A DNA stretch of 64,000 nucleotides from a virus: positions 64,001 through 128,000 of the IMG/VR virus record IMGVR_UViG_3300042402_001861, one strand, 5' to 3'. Position numbers and translations under genes: made by a program. Each line of letters starts with the position of its first letter. Position 1 is the stretch's first letter. The notes under the pieces were generated by a model. The model did no database searches. It was not told the origin of the DNA and saw only the letters and a list, made by a program, of their open reading frames with translations. Positions 38,216 to 47,340 of this stretch are shown here, one piece after another.

Positions 38216-38454
38216 CGCTTGCCCTTTTGCCCTATTCCGTACTTTCTGAAAATCTCGTCCCGCTTGGCCTGAAGTTCTCTCTGCCGTGGAGAACCCGCCA
38301 TGGCACGAAAGATCAACTTGGTCAGTCGATTGGCTTCCCGACGATCCTCGGGGGACATGACAGCCCAAGGATCCTTGAAACCCTTGAATGAATGGGAAGA
38401 GGAAGCCGACGAAGCCGACGAAGCCTCAAGGATGTGCTGCCGAAAACTCTGCAT
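38212..38454 (-). CDS. Small basic protein with internal-protein-type leader
   Basis: MQSFRQHILE-A; TAAATA 38463-38468. Confidence 0.7.
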   Translation of the reverse strand: MQSFRQHILEASSASSASSSHSFKGFKDPWAVMSPEDRREANRLTKLIFRAMAGSPRQRELQAKRDEIFRKYGIGQKGKR

Positions 38455-38465
38455 GGCGAGGGTAT

Positions 38466-39140
38466 TTAGAAACCCATGGTCCGCAGCCCGTAGGCAGCGA
38501 CCATCTCGCCTGCAACCAAGTCGGAAGGAAAGTGGACTCCAAGGATCATTCGGCTGTCTGCGATCTTCCGTGCCATTGATTCAAATTCTGCCTTATGCTC
38601 AGGATGGAACTTGGAGAGCATCCCTGCCACGAAATGAGAATCGGCAGCATGGCCAGACGGATACGATGCGGTGTCGATGTTGCCGATGAGGCTCGAAAGC
38701 GTTCGGTTCATGTACGGGGCTATCTCGTAGGGACGAGGACGGCAGTACTTGATCTTGAGATGGTTGGTCAGCCCGTCAAGCCTTGAGGCATGGTCACGAA
38801 GCCAGCCGTAGCCATAGCCCTTGCCGGTGAGTCGGAAAGCCTCACGATCAAACCATTCATAGACTTCAAGAATGTCATCCATCTTTCTTGAAAATTCAAT
38901 CTCTTCGTGAGTGGCATCTGCCTGACGCTGAATCACGATGTCAAGTTCGATGCGAGTCTCGTTGGAGGAGTTTCGTGGAGGATCGGGAATGTGGCAGGGT
39001 TCATTGGAATTCAAATGATGCCACAGGGCCGTCGATGAATCCTTGGCCTGCCGCTTGACCTTGCTGACATACTTTGCAATGTCCCCGTCATGGCGAAGGG
39101 AGTCAAGGAAAGAGATGTGCGAAAGGTGAGGCAGGCTCAT
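38466..39140 (-). CDS. PAP2-superfamily phosphatase
   Basis: KIKYCRPRP, SYPSGH, SRMILGVHFPSD. Confidence 0.9.
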   Translation of the reverse strand: MSLPHLSHISFLDSLRHDGDIAKYVSKVKRQAKDSSTALWHHLNSNEPCHIPDPPRNSSNETRIELDIVIQRQADATHEEIEFSRKMDDILEVYEWFDREAFRLTGKGYGYGWLRDHASRLDGLTNHLKIKYCRPRPYEIAPYMNRTLSSLIGNIDTASYPSGHAADSHFVAGMLSKFHPEHKAEFESMARKIADSRMILGVHFPSDLVAGEMVAAYGLRTMGF

Positions 39141-39189
39141 GGAATTATGTATCGGAAGGCGGTAACTGACTTGCCCCATTACCACTCTT

Positions 39190-39480
39190 TTTCAAATACT
39201 CAGGGAAAGAATTGTTGGAAGCGGTCATATGGGGGGAGAGTATAGGTCAAGGAGGGAAAGAAGTCAAAAACCACTCTGAGACATTGCAAATGAGGTTTGG
39301 GGGGAAAACGATTTGAAGAAAGTACTCTGCGCCCCCCGTGGGGGAGGGTGGGGGAATATGGGGATGAGTGGAGATGAATGGGGAAGAGGTGGGGAAAGAA
39401 AAGGTAAGTGTCCGTCTTAGGGGCCGAAATCCCGAGTCACTTCGGACGAAAATTTCACGAAATCCGTTGGGATTTTCCCA
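39190..39480. other. Non-coding strand-asymmetric tract (G/A-rich on +)
   Basis: No credible ORF; four G runs at 39340-39363. Confidence 0.6.
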
Positions 39481-39552
39481 GAATTTATTTTCCGTTGTAA
39501 CTCGTTGTTGCGGCGTAACTTACGCTCACACACTCCCCCGAATTCTTGTCAC

Positions 39553-39807
39553 TCAGATTTCGCCCTGCACTACAGCGCCGATGAAGGCACGAAACTTTTT
39601 CTCGTCGGCTCCGTTGGCAGTCACGAATCGCTGAAACACTTTGCCACTCTCCAAGTCAACCCATCCACAGTTGAAAGTGTACGCAGGATTCCCATAGAAA
39701 TCCTTGGTGTTGTAATGCTTGAGTATCTGTAGGAAGACATGCGGAGGAATCTCCACGAATTCCTGAGTCCACAAATCCTGAGCGATGAAGACGGTGCTTT
39801 CGTTCAT
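39553..39807 (-). CDS. Hypothetical protein
   Basis: TAAATA 39814-39819, 6 nt before ATG. Confidence 0.65.
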   Translation of the reverse strand: MNESTVFIAQDLWTQEFVEIPPHVFLQILKHYNTKDFYGNPAYTFNCGWVDLESGKVFQRFVTANGADEKKFRAFIGAVVQGEI

Positions 39808-39874
39808 TGGATGTATTTATGACAACCCCCCTATGGTGAGGGGGGTGGCTGTGAGAGGGGGGGGGTGGTATGCC

Positions 39875-40486
39875 CTAGGGGGTAGGGTTGTTGTAGTTGA
39901 TGGGGTGGTACTGGGAGCGGTGGCTCCTGCGTGGCGGTGGGGGTGGGGTGGCCGCAGGCGGGGAGGAGTTGTCGAAGGCGTAGTAGGGGCCACCGAAGTA
40001 CTTGTTGGCCGACTGGATCGCGATATCGATGATGTGCGGCCACGCCATCCCCCCGTCATGCAACTTCAACAGTTCATCCTCAAACTCCTCGGCGGTGTCC
40101 ACGGTGCCCATGGTGTTGGAACCCTTGCAGCGGTAAGTCCACTCGGCATCGATCAGGCTCTCCCACAGGGAACGGGCGATGGGGGTCGGCAGGCTGTTGC
40201 ACACACCGTGCTTGTGGGGCAGTCCTGCTGCCTTGATCTCGGGGAAGGCATCCCACATAGGCGGGTCTTTGCCGTCACAGGTACGGTAGATGACCGTCAT
40301 CTCGCTGGTGTCTTTCGGAAGCAGGACACGGAGTTTCGTGAAGATGAGGAAGATGTTGGAATTGGTGGGATGCCACATTCGCCAGAAAGCCATGGGGCGA
40401 ATCTTGTTGTGCAACAGATGGTTGCTCCACTCTGCCCTAGGCATGGAGGGGTAGGTCAGGAATCTGGCAGTCGCACTCTTGTTCAC
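39875..40486 (-). CDS. Hypothetical protein with Pro-rich tail
   Basis: GTGA coupling; start inferred. Confidence 0.55.
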   Translation of the reverse strand: MNKSATARFLTYPSMPRAEWSNHLLHNKIRPMAFWRMWHPTNSNIFLIFTKLRVLLPKDTSEMTVIYRTCDGKDPPMWDAFPEIKAAGLPHKHGVCNSLPTPIARSLWESLIDAEWTYRCKGSNTMGTVDTAEEFEDELLKLHDGGMAWPHIIDIAIQSANKYFGGPYYAFDNSSPPAATPPPPPRRSHRSQYHPINYNNPTP

Positions 40487-40710
40487 TTCTGTCTCTTGGC
40501 CAGCAGGCGGTAGTACAGGCTCGGCAGGGCCATGATGGTGAAGCCGGTGGCGATCAGGGCATTGGATGACCAAAACCCGTAGCCACGGTCACGCAGGAAT
40601 TGGTAAATTCCAAAGAGCAGGCTCTGCCCGATGAAGACCACCGATGCGTACAGGGGAAGCACGACCAACATCGTGGTCAGGGTAATCAGAATGGGCTTCT
40701 TGGAATTCAC
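40483..40710 (-). CDS. Small membrane protein
   Basis: Two hydrophobic segments; SD gaggag; GTG start. Confidence 0.6.
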   Translation of the reverse strand: MNSKKPILITLTTMLVVLPLYASVVFIGQSLLFGIYQFLRDRGYGFWSSNALIATGFTIMALPSLYYRLLAKRQK

Positions 40711-40820
40711 TTGTTCATCTCCTCAAAGAGAAAGCCACAGACGACAATCCACAGCAGGATGATGACTGAAATCAAAAACAGTCCCAATCCCATGTTGAAG
40801 ACCACCGAAAGAAATGTCAT
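40707..40820 (-). CDS. 37-aa single-TM protein (not in ORF track)
   Basis: MTFLSVVFNMGLGLFLISVIILLWIVVCGFLFEEMNK; TGATG and GTGA coupling on both sides. Confidence 0.65.
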   Translation of the reverse strand: MTFLSVVFNMGLGLFLISVIILLWIVVCGFLFEEMNK

Positions 40821-41197
40821 CACGGCTTCAACTCCTTCGTGAGAGTGCCAGCGAACGGCGGCAGGTTCTTCACCCACATCAGAATCTCAACCAACTCGTC
40901 AGGACTCACATGGCCCTTGACTTGCTGATCGTCGGAAAAGAGGATGAAGTCCTCGTTGGGATCGAAGATTGCAACTTCAACATTGGCAGCAGGCTCAAGT
41001 TCAAGATGCTCACTCGGTGCAGGGTACTTGTCCCTCTCATAAGTATTGCTTCGATGGGGTTCGCTGTACATGCCAACCCCATACACGACCGAAACCTTGT
41101 AGCCGTTACGGAAACGCATCACCATCGATCCCTTGGGATACTCTCCGGGACCGTGGCGTTGAACCATGAACAACTGCGGGAATTCTTGAATATCCAT
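40820..41197 (-). CDS. Conserved phage hypothetical protein
   Basis: FRNGYKVSVV...EVAIFD pattern. Confidence 0.7.
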   Translation of the reverse strand: MDIQEFPQLFMVQRHGPGEYPKGSMVMRFRNGYKVSVVYGVGMYSEPHRSNTYERDKYPAPSEHLELEPAANVEVAIFDPNEDFILFSDDQQVKGHVSPDELVEILMWVKNLPPFAGTLTKELKP

Positions 41198-41199
41198 GT

Positions 41200-43557
41200 T
41201 CAGTCTCGCTTGCTCACTCGGGCGGCGATACGAGCCATCAGCGGACGGCTCGACTTGTTCTTGGAAATCTCGTCGGAGAGGGCACGGGCCAACTTGGCCT
41301 TCGTCGCCGTGGTGCCGTCGATGGCATCAAGGTAGTCCTCCTCGTCGGCCTCAAGGTCGGTCAGGCCGAACCACTCGGAGTAGCCCATCCACTCCTCGCC
41401 CGAAACCCAACCCTCGTCGCGGAGGAACTTCTTCTTGGCCGCGATGTAGGCCTCGCCGTTGACAACGGCCTTGGCATACTCCTTGGTCTTCTTGCTCATT
41501 CGGGCCACGCAAGTCTGCATGTAGGAGTTGAGGGCACGGGTTCCGTCGATGCGGAAGCCGATCACATTGCAGTCAGCCTCAACCCGAAGGTAGCGAAGGT
41601 AGGCATCCTCGGCACCCGTGTAGGCTTCCACCGCCCGCTTGCCCTGAATGTTGACTTCAGCGAAGTCGCGGCTGTAGCCCGTGGGCGAGTTATCGTCGGT
41701 CCACACATTCACCCAACGGTCAGCCACATAGCGGTAGCCCGTCCGATCCGTAGCCTCGCCATCGGTGAGGATGACGGTGTTCACGATCTGGACACCGGTC
41801 TTTGCACGGAACATCGGGACCACGGTAGCCATCGAAGCGATGGCCGCATTCAGCGGAGTGCCGTTGAGGTAGTACTTGGAGGCAAGGTGATCGCCCTTGG
41901 CATTCTTGCCAAACATCTCGTCGTGACGGTAGGACCGGCTGTGCTTGGCCCAAGCGAGGAGTCCCGCGAGGGCAGTACGAATCTGCACGGGCTTGGCCGA
42001 AGCCGACAAGATGTTCAGCAGGCGGAAGTCGGAGAAGATGAGTTCGCCGTCATTGCGAGTCCAAACCTTTTCCTTAACGATGCCGTGAGCATCGGAGAAA
42101 GCGTAGACTTCGCAGGGGATGTTCGCCGCAGCGCAGAACTGCACCAAGCAGCCCAACTGCATGATCGTGGGCTCAAGGATGCGATTCATGCTGCCCGACC
42201 AGTCAAGCAGGAACACAAGTCCGTGATTCTTGCCTTCCTTCTTGACTTCGTAGGAACCGAAGATTTCCTCCGAAATCCGATAGGCCCACAGGCGGCTGGG
42301 GTCGATGGCACCCGTATCGGCGGTGCGAGTGCGGTTAGCCTCGTCAGCGGCCTTGCGGCGCATGAATTCCTGAACAAGCGCCGTGATCGAACGGCGATTC
42401 TTGGCCATGAACTGCTGATAGAGGGCGAAGCCGTCACCCTTCTCGGCCATCAGCCGAAGATCATCGATAACCTCGCTGAAGGGCAGGATGCCCTTGGCGG
42501 CATCGAAGGTCGGCATTCTGACCGTGGAAGTCCCATAGTTGGAATGCTCGTCGCGGTTCTGCTTGGCAAGTTCCTCGAAAGCCGAATCCGTCACCGACTC
42601 ACGGGGAGTCCGATTCTTGGATTCCTTCGTTGACTTGCCCTGAGCCTCGCCCTCGCTCTCATCGTCCGAATCCGACTCCGACTCCTCGCCCTCGTCGCTG
42701 GCGTTATCGGACTCCTCGCCCTCCTCGCCACCTTCGGTGCTTTCGTCGGCGTTTTCGTTCTCGCCCTCGTCGGCGGTATCGCCCCGCTCCTCGCCCTCTT
42801 CGGACTCGTCAGAACCCGACGAATCGCCCTGCTCCTCGTCGGACTCCTGCTTTTGGTTGTCCTGCGGACTGCCGCTGCCCTCGCCTTCCTCACCGTCCTG
42901 CGGCTCGGACATGTCGCCGTCCTCGCCCTGCGACTCTTCCTGCGAGGAGTAGTCGAAGAGTTCCTTGGCAAGGGCAACAACCTCGTCCCAAGACTTGGTA
43001 GTCGCGACCCGCTTGACAAGGGGAAGTTCAGCGGCAGAGAACGGGACATTGACCGCGAAACCAACCTTATAGTGAATGTTGATTCGGTCAATCAGCGGGA
43101 GTTCCGAAAGATCCTTGTCAAGGGCAAGCAACTTCGGGTTCGTGATCGTCAGACTACGGTACGCCTTGGCGAAGGTCGAACGCAGGCCGGGATAGGTATC
43201 CTTCATGCTGCGTTCGATTCGGGCATCCTCAACGATGTTCACATAGCCCTTGAAGGAGTTGAAGCCTTCCTTGCCGACGAGTTCGGTGAGTTCCTTCACC
43301 CATGCGTCACCCTTGGGGCTGTGCATGGCGTGGCCGACTTCGTGAGCGACGAGCATGTCGTACAGGTCGCCGTCCATCGCCTTCCAAACAGGAAGGGTCA
43401 GAAGACGGGTCTTGGTGTCAAACGATGCGGTCGCGGCCCGATGCGAGTGCTGCACCCGAATGTTTTCGGTCGCAAGCAGACGGGCCAGAAGCGAAAGAGC
43501 CTCAACCTGACGGCGGTTCAGGTTTGGCTTCGGGGTGTTGGCTAGGGTAGGGGTCAC
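41200..43557 (-). CDS. Metallopeptidase-like + acidic linker + vWA domain protein, CobT-like partner of MoxR ATPase
   Basis: AHEVGHA; D/E/S/G linker; MIDAS DWSGS, GTP, LTDG; GTG start. Confidence 0.88.
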   Translation of the reverse strand: MTPTLANTPKPNLNRRQVEALSLLARLLATENIRVQHSHRAATASFDTKTRLLTLPVWKAMDGDLYDMLVAHEVGHAMHSPKGDAWVKELTELVGKEGFNSFKGYVNIVEDARIERSMKDTYPGLRSTFAKAYRSLTITNPKLLALDKDLSELPLIDRINIHYKVGFAVNVPFSAAELPLVKRVATTKSWDEVVALAKELFDYSSQEESQGEDGDMSEPQDGEEGEGSGSPQDNQKQESDEEQGDSSGSDESEEGEERGDTADEGENENADESTEGGEEGEESDNASDEGEESESDSDDESEGEAQGKSTKESKNRTPRESVTDSAFEELAKQNRDEHSNYGTSTVRMPTFDAAKGILPFSEVIDDLRLMAEKGDGFALYQQFMAKNRRSITALVQEFMRRKAADEANRTRTADTGAIDPSRLWAYRISEEIFGSYEVKKEGKNHGLVFLLDWSGSMNRILEPTIMQLGCLVQFCAAANIPCEVYAFSDAHGIVKEKVWTRNDGELIFSDFRLLNILSASAKPVQIRTALAGLLAWAKHSRSYRHDEMFGKNAKGDHLASKYYLNGTPLNAAIASMATVVPMFRAKTGVQIVNTVILTDGEATDRTGYRYVADRWVNVWTDDNSPTGYSRDFAEVNIQGKRAVEAYTGAEDAYLRYLRVEADCNVIGFRIDGTRALNSYMQTCVARMSKKTKEYAKAVVNGEAYIAAKKKFLRDEGWVSGEEWMGYSEWFGLTDLEADEEDYLDAIDGTTATKAKLARALSDEISKNKSSRPLMARIAARVSKRD

Positions 43558-43563
43558 GACCCA

Positions 43564-43592
43564 ATTGTAACAGATTCGCCCTCGCTCCGCAA
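43564..43592 (-). promoter_or_regulatory. Leftward sigma70-type early promoter, leaderless
   Basis: TTGCGG-17-TACAAT, then 6 nt to GTG at 43557. Confidence 0.7.
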
Positions 43593-43784
43593 GAGCCTAC
43601 CCCCGTAGAAGGTTATAGGACGAAAAACAAATAATAGACGATATTGTATTCTGTAATTACCGCTATCGGACGCTGATAAGTTATCGGACTCTGTGCCGCC
43701 CCCCTCTACTATAGAGAGAGTTGACCGAAAGTTATCGGACTTTAAGAAAAAAGATTATTGGCTAGCAAAACGCACCCATGGGGA

Positions 43785-43813
43785 TTGACTTTTGAGAATG
43801 CTTCGTTTACACT
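43785..43813 (+). promoter_or_regulatory. Rightward sigma70-type early promoter
   Basis: TTGACT-17-TACACT; SD aaggag before ATG 43842. Confidence 0.75.
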
Positions 43814-43841
43814 TTGGTCAGCCAAAGGAGCAATCGACCCC

Positions 43842-45110
43842 ATGAAGCGTTCTGAAGCCAAGTCCAAGTTCCTCACCGCCGCCTACGCCATTACGGGCGG
43901 CTCCCGTGAGATTACCCGCCCACAAGTAGTTCAGGCCGCCGATGACGCAGGGCTTCCGATCCCTGCGTGGTTCGTCAACGACCGCGAGTATCGGGTCGCT
44001 TGGGGACGCTACCGCCTGCCGCTACAGGATGGCGTGGTCGCTCCTCGCAAGGCGACTGCCCCGTCCGTGACCGTCCGTCCCGCCCCCGTGGCGACTCCCG
44101 TTCAGGTGGCCCCGCCGCCGATGGTTGAGTCCGCTCCCGTGGCTCAGACTTCCCTTGACCTTGCCATCCTGAGTGGCGAGGCCGTTGTTCCGACCGTGGA
44201 TCCCAACTATGTGGCTTGGGGCAACCACGACACGATTTACGAAATCGTCAAGAGCGGACGGTTCTTCCCCGTCTATGTGTGGGGTCTGTCCGGTAACGGC
44301 AAGACCTTCACTACCGAACAGGTCTGCGCCATGCTTGGCCGCGAGTACTATCGGGTGAACATCACCCCCGAGACTTGCGAAGACGATTTGCTTGGCGGGT
44401 TCCGACTCGTCAGCGGCGAAACCAAGTTCGTGTACGGGCCGGTGTCCCTCGCGATGGAGCGGGGCGGCGTTCTCCTGCTTGACGAGGTTGACCTTGGGTC
44501 GGATAAGATCATGGCGCTTCAGCCCGTCCTTGAGGGCAAGCCCGTGTATCTGAAGAAAATCAACAAGTGGGTCCGTCCCGCCCCCGGCTTCACGGTCGTG
44601 ATGACCGGTAACACCAAGGGTCTTGGCGACGAGACTGGCAAGTTCGCGGGAACTCGCATCCTGAACACGGCCTTCCTTGAGCGAGTGAACATCATGCTCA
44701 AGCAGGAATACCCCCGTCCCACGGTTGAGAAGAAGATTCTCACGAAGATGATGGAATCTTCGGGTTGCGTGGACGAGAAGTTCGCTGATGCGCTGGTCCG
44801 TTGGGCCGAGGCCATCCGCAAGACCTACGACGAAGGCGTGAGCGAGGAAGTCATCACGACCCGCCGCCTCGTCCAGATCGTCAGCGGGTACTGCATCTTC
44901 AAGGATCGCCTGACCGCCGTTCGTCACGGCGTGGGCCGGTTCGATGATGTCACGGCTGAAGCCTTCCTCAATCTCTACCAGAAGATTGACGCTGAGGCTA
45001 CCGCCGCCGATCCCGATGCGTCCAAGGCGGGTGCAGCCCCTGATGAACACCTTCAGGCTCACGCTGCCGCCGCTGCGGCCACGGCTTCCACGACCAAGGC
45101 TCCCTTCTGA
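43842..45110 (+). CDS. MoxR-type AAA+ ATPase, CbbQ/NirQ/NorQ/CobS-like
   Basis: GLSGNGKT, LLLDEVD, TGNTKG, LNTAFLER, TTRRLV. Confidence 0.92.
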   Translation: MKRSEAKSKFLTAAYAITGGSREITRPQVVQAADDAGLPIPAWFVNDREYRVAWGRYRLPLQDGVVAPRKATAPSVTVRPAPVATPVQVAPPPMVESAPVAQTSLDLAILSGEAVVPTVDPNYVAWGNHDTIYEIVKSGRFFPVYVWGLSGNGKTFTTEQVCAMLGREYYRVNITPETCEDDLLGGFRLVSGETKFVYGPVSLAMERGGVLLLDEVDLGSDKIMALQPVLEGKPVYLKKINKWVRPAPGFTVVMTGNTKGLGDETGKFAGTRILNTAFLERVNIMLKQEYPRPTVEKKILTKMMESSGCVDEKFADALVRWAEAIRKTYDEGVSEEVITTRRLVQIVSGYCIFKDRLTAVRHGVGRFDDVTAEAFLNLYQKIDAEATAADPDASKAGAAPDEHLQAHAAAAAATASTTKAPF

Positions 45111-45130
45111 GAAATTAAGAAAGGCAAGCC

Positions 45131-45412
45131 ATGGAACTACCTGACGAGCGTACATTCTCCGTAACTGACTACTACCAAGGAACAGTCAACCTTTGGATGC
45201 ATTCTGATTGGCAGGATAATCCAAAGAGTTTCCACAACCTCCGTTCCTTGATAGAGTACTTCGTGCTGGCCCTTGAGAACAATCCCTTCCTCTGGCTTAT
45301 GGATGAGGAAGAGGAGTTGGTCCGTGCCATCGCTGAGGATGTCAAACTTTCCAAGTTCTACCCTGAACGATTTCATCCCATTGAGGAATGGGGAAACCCG
45401 CCTCAAAAATAA
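45131..45412 (+). CDS. Hypothetical protein
   Basis: ORF with upstream purine-rich site. Confidence 0.6.
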   Translation: MELPDERTFSVTDYYQGTVNLWMHSDWQDNPKSFHNLRSLIEYFVLALENNPFLWLMDEEEELVRAIAEDVKLSKFYPERFHPIEEWGNPPQK

Positions 45413-45437
45413 AACTTCCCTTTGACGAAATACCTCT

Positions 45438-45465
45438 TGACAAACGGTTTGTCAGGGGTACAATC
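45438..45465 (+). promoter_or_regulatory. Sigma70-type promoter with palindrome overlapping -35
   Basis: TTGACA-16-TACAAT; TGACAAA-CGG-TTTGTCA inverted repeat. Confidence 0.7.
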
Positions 45466-45494
45466 TACGCAACATCTCTTCGGAGAACTTCACC

Positions 45495-45788
45495 ATGACG
45501 ATGAACACCATCAACCTGAACAAGCGCCAGATCAACTTCCTCGCCGCCTTTGAGGCCGCTAACGGCCAGCCGGACACGGTGACGAGGCAGGAACTGCTCA
45601 ACTTCAAGAATTCACTTGGCCCGAATCAGACTGGCCCCCTTGGCTATGTGATTCGTTGGCCTGCATGGCTTACCAACAGCGGCACCTTTACCACTTCCCG
45701 AGCGGTCTATACCCTCCCGTGGGGGAAGTACAACGAATGGAAGGCAGCAAACGCCGCCTCCGTCACTCCCGCCGCCGCTGTTGCGTGA
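45495..45788 (+). CDS. Hypothetical early protein
   Basis: SD ggag; own promoter. Confidence 0.75.
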   Translation: MTMNTINLNKRQINFLAAFEAANGQPDTVTRQELLNFKNSLGPNQTGPLGYVIRWPAWLTNSGTFTTSRAVYTLPWGKYNEWKAANAASVTPAAAVA

Positions 45789-45928
45789 TGAGGGTCGCTT
45801 CAGATCAGAGCGTAGGGGTCATGCTCTGATCAATCGTCGTGTGGAGAGGGAAACCTCTCCTCACGATTTCCCAACCTAGCCAACCGTCAGGGCTGACGGA
45901 TATTGGCGCAACTCTTTTAGGAGATACT

Positions 45929-46234
45929 ATGCCCACGATGACCGTGAATGGACCGAATGTCAAGATCCGCAACCGCAGCCGCATCGCTGTTCAGAACCTC
46001 ATGGAGGGCGATGAGTTCCTTCTGCGTGGTGAGCCGAGCCTGGTGGTCGATTCGATCACCCGCAACGAGGACAAGGGCACCGTCAAGGTGACCTTCGACA
46101 CCGGCGAGTCTCGTCGGTTCGCTTGGAACTCCAAGGTTTCGATCAAGGAGACTGCCGAGCGTAACTCGTTCCGTCGCAACTCGCTGCGTCGGTACGGCTA
46201 CCCCAACTACATGGATTACATCTACGGCGGCTAA
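45929..46234 (+). CDS. Hypothetical SH3-like early protein
   Basis: SD aggag; structured leader. Confidence 0.75.
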   Translation: MPTMTVNGPNVKIRNRSRIAVQNLMEGDEFLLRGEPSLVVDSITRNEDKGTVKVTFDTGESRRFAWNSKVSIKETAERNSFRRNSLRRYGYPNYMDYIYGG

Positions 46235-46352
46235 TCGCCCGTAGTCCATGCGGCGGGGCAGGAGCCAATAGATGATGGCTTTCCTGTGACGGCTCCTGCC
46301 CCCGCCGTTGGGTGACATTCAAATTTCCCTGAAGCCCTAGTCTTCTGGGTTT

Positions 46353-46378
46353 GCCCCGCCGAAAGGCGGGGCTTTCTT
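46353..46378 (+). terminator. Intrinsic terminator
   Basis: gccccgcc-gaaa-ggcggggc-tttctt. Confidence 0.85.
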
Positions 46379-46596
46379 ATACCCATTTTGCATTTTCAAA
46401 AGTCCGCGGCAACTGTAGCCGGGGCAGCCTGACCTGCTGTTCGAGTAGCCCCACAGTCTCAACCCAACTTCAACGCATTCGTTGGATTCAACTCCAAATG
46501 ACCTCAACTTGCCCTCCGGCGGAGTCACCGGCTGTACCGGTTTTGGATGTGCCCGCCGGTCACGAGAACTCCTGCTCGCTACATACTTTCAACCCA

Positions 46597-47091
46597 ATGC
46601 TTGAGAAACTGCTCCAATCCCTCAACAAAGCCAACGAATACCTCAACTCTTCGTTGCATTTAAACGCTGTCGAGAAGACATCGAGCGAGCCAACCAGCAG
46701 ACAATCAAGCCAGTCTCAAGCCAATTACAACGACTCCAACGACGATCTCACCGAAGCCCCAATTTCAAAGATACTGAATGTAAACGGGAAGGCAGCAAAG
46801 ACTCTGGACTTCTCCTCCAACCCCAACGACCCCAATGTCAATGTCTTTGGTCTAGGCACATACAGCCTTTCAAATCTCAAGAAGATGACAATCATGGATG
46901 CAAAGAAACTTGCGGAAATCATCGCAAGCGACAATGCAGACTATGGGAGAGTCCTGAAGATGATGTCTGATGTAGAGGGCAAGGACTCATCTGTCTACCT
47001 AGCCTACAGGTTGCTTGCATTGGCAGAGGTACAGCAGTACATGAAGCAGCCTGCCACCAAGAGAAGAATCACCCTGATGAAGAGAGGGTGA
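46597..47091 (+). CDS. Hypothetical protein
   Basis: Start moved to ATG after TACATA 46580-46585. Confidence 0.65.
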   Translation: MLEKLLQSLNKANEYLNSSLHLNAVEKTSSEPTSRQSSQSQANYNDSNDDLTEAPISKILNVNGKAAKTLDFSSNPNDPNVNVFGLGTYSLSNLKKMTIMDAKKLAEIIASDNADYGRVLKMMSDVEGKDSSVYLAYRLLALAEVQQYMKQPATKRRITLMKRG

Positions 47092-47340
47092 CTCTCGCAG
47101 TCAACTGCGGAGCAGAGTGTGTGCGAGGATGTGTGCGAGGGCTTGAGTGATTTCATATTTTGGAATGCGGACCCCCACCTTATATTTTGGAAAATGGTTT
47201 TGAAGGAGTGGGGTTTAGGTCTACCGAACCTTCGCACAAAAGGGTTCCCATTCCACACTTAAACCCCCGCCCATCCCATAGTCACAACTCAACTCTCCCC
47301 GTCGATCCCCGCATATGACTTGGGCATCCCCCTCTCTCTC

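Noticed and set aside
39785-40513. 242-aa plus-strand G-rich ORF
   Set aside because: Antisense to a coupled leftward operon; product of the local G skew
42600-42950. Quasi-repeats such as ctcgccctc in the vWA gene
   Set aside because: Explained by the acidic D/E/S/G linker codons, not a separate DNA element
44022-45155. 377-aa antisense ORF in the AAA+ gene, and similar ORFs in 41887-43545
   Set aside because: Expected in GC-rich coding DNA with few antisense stops
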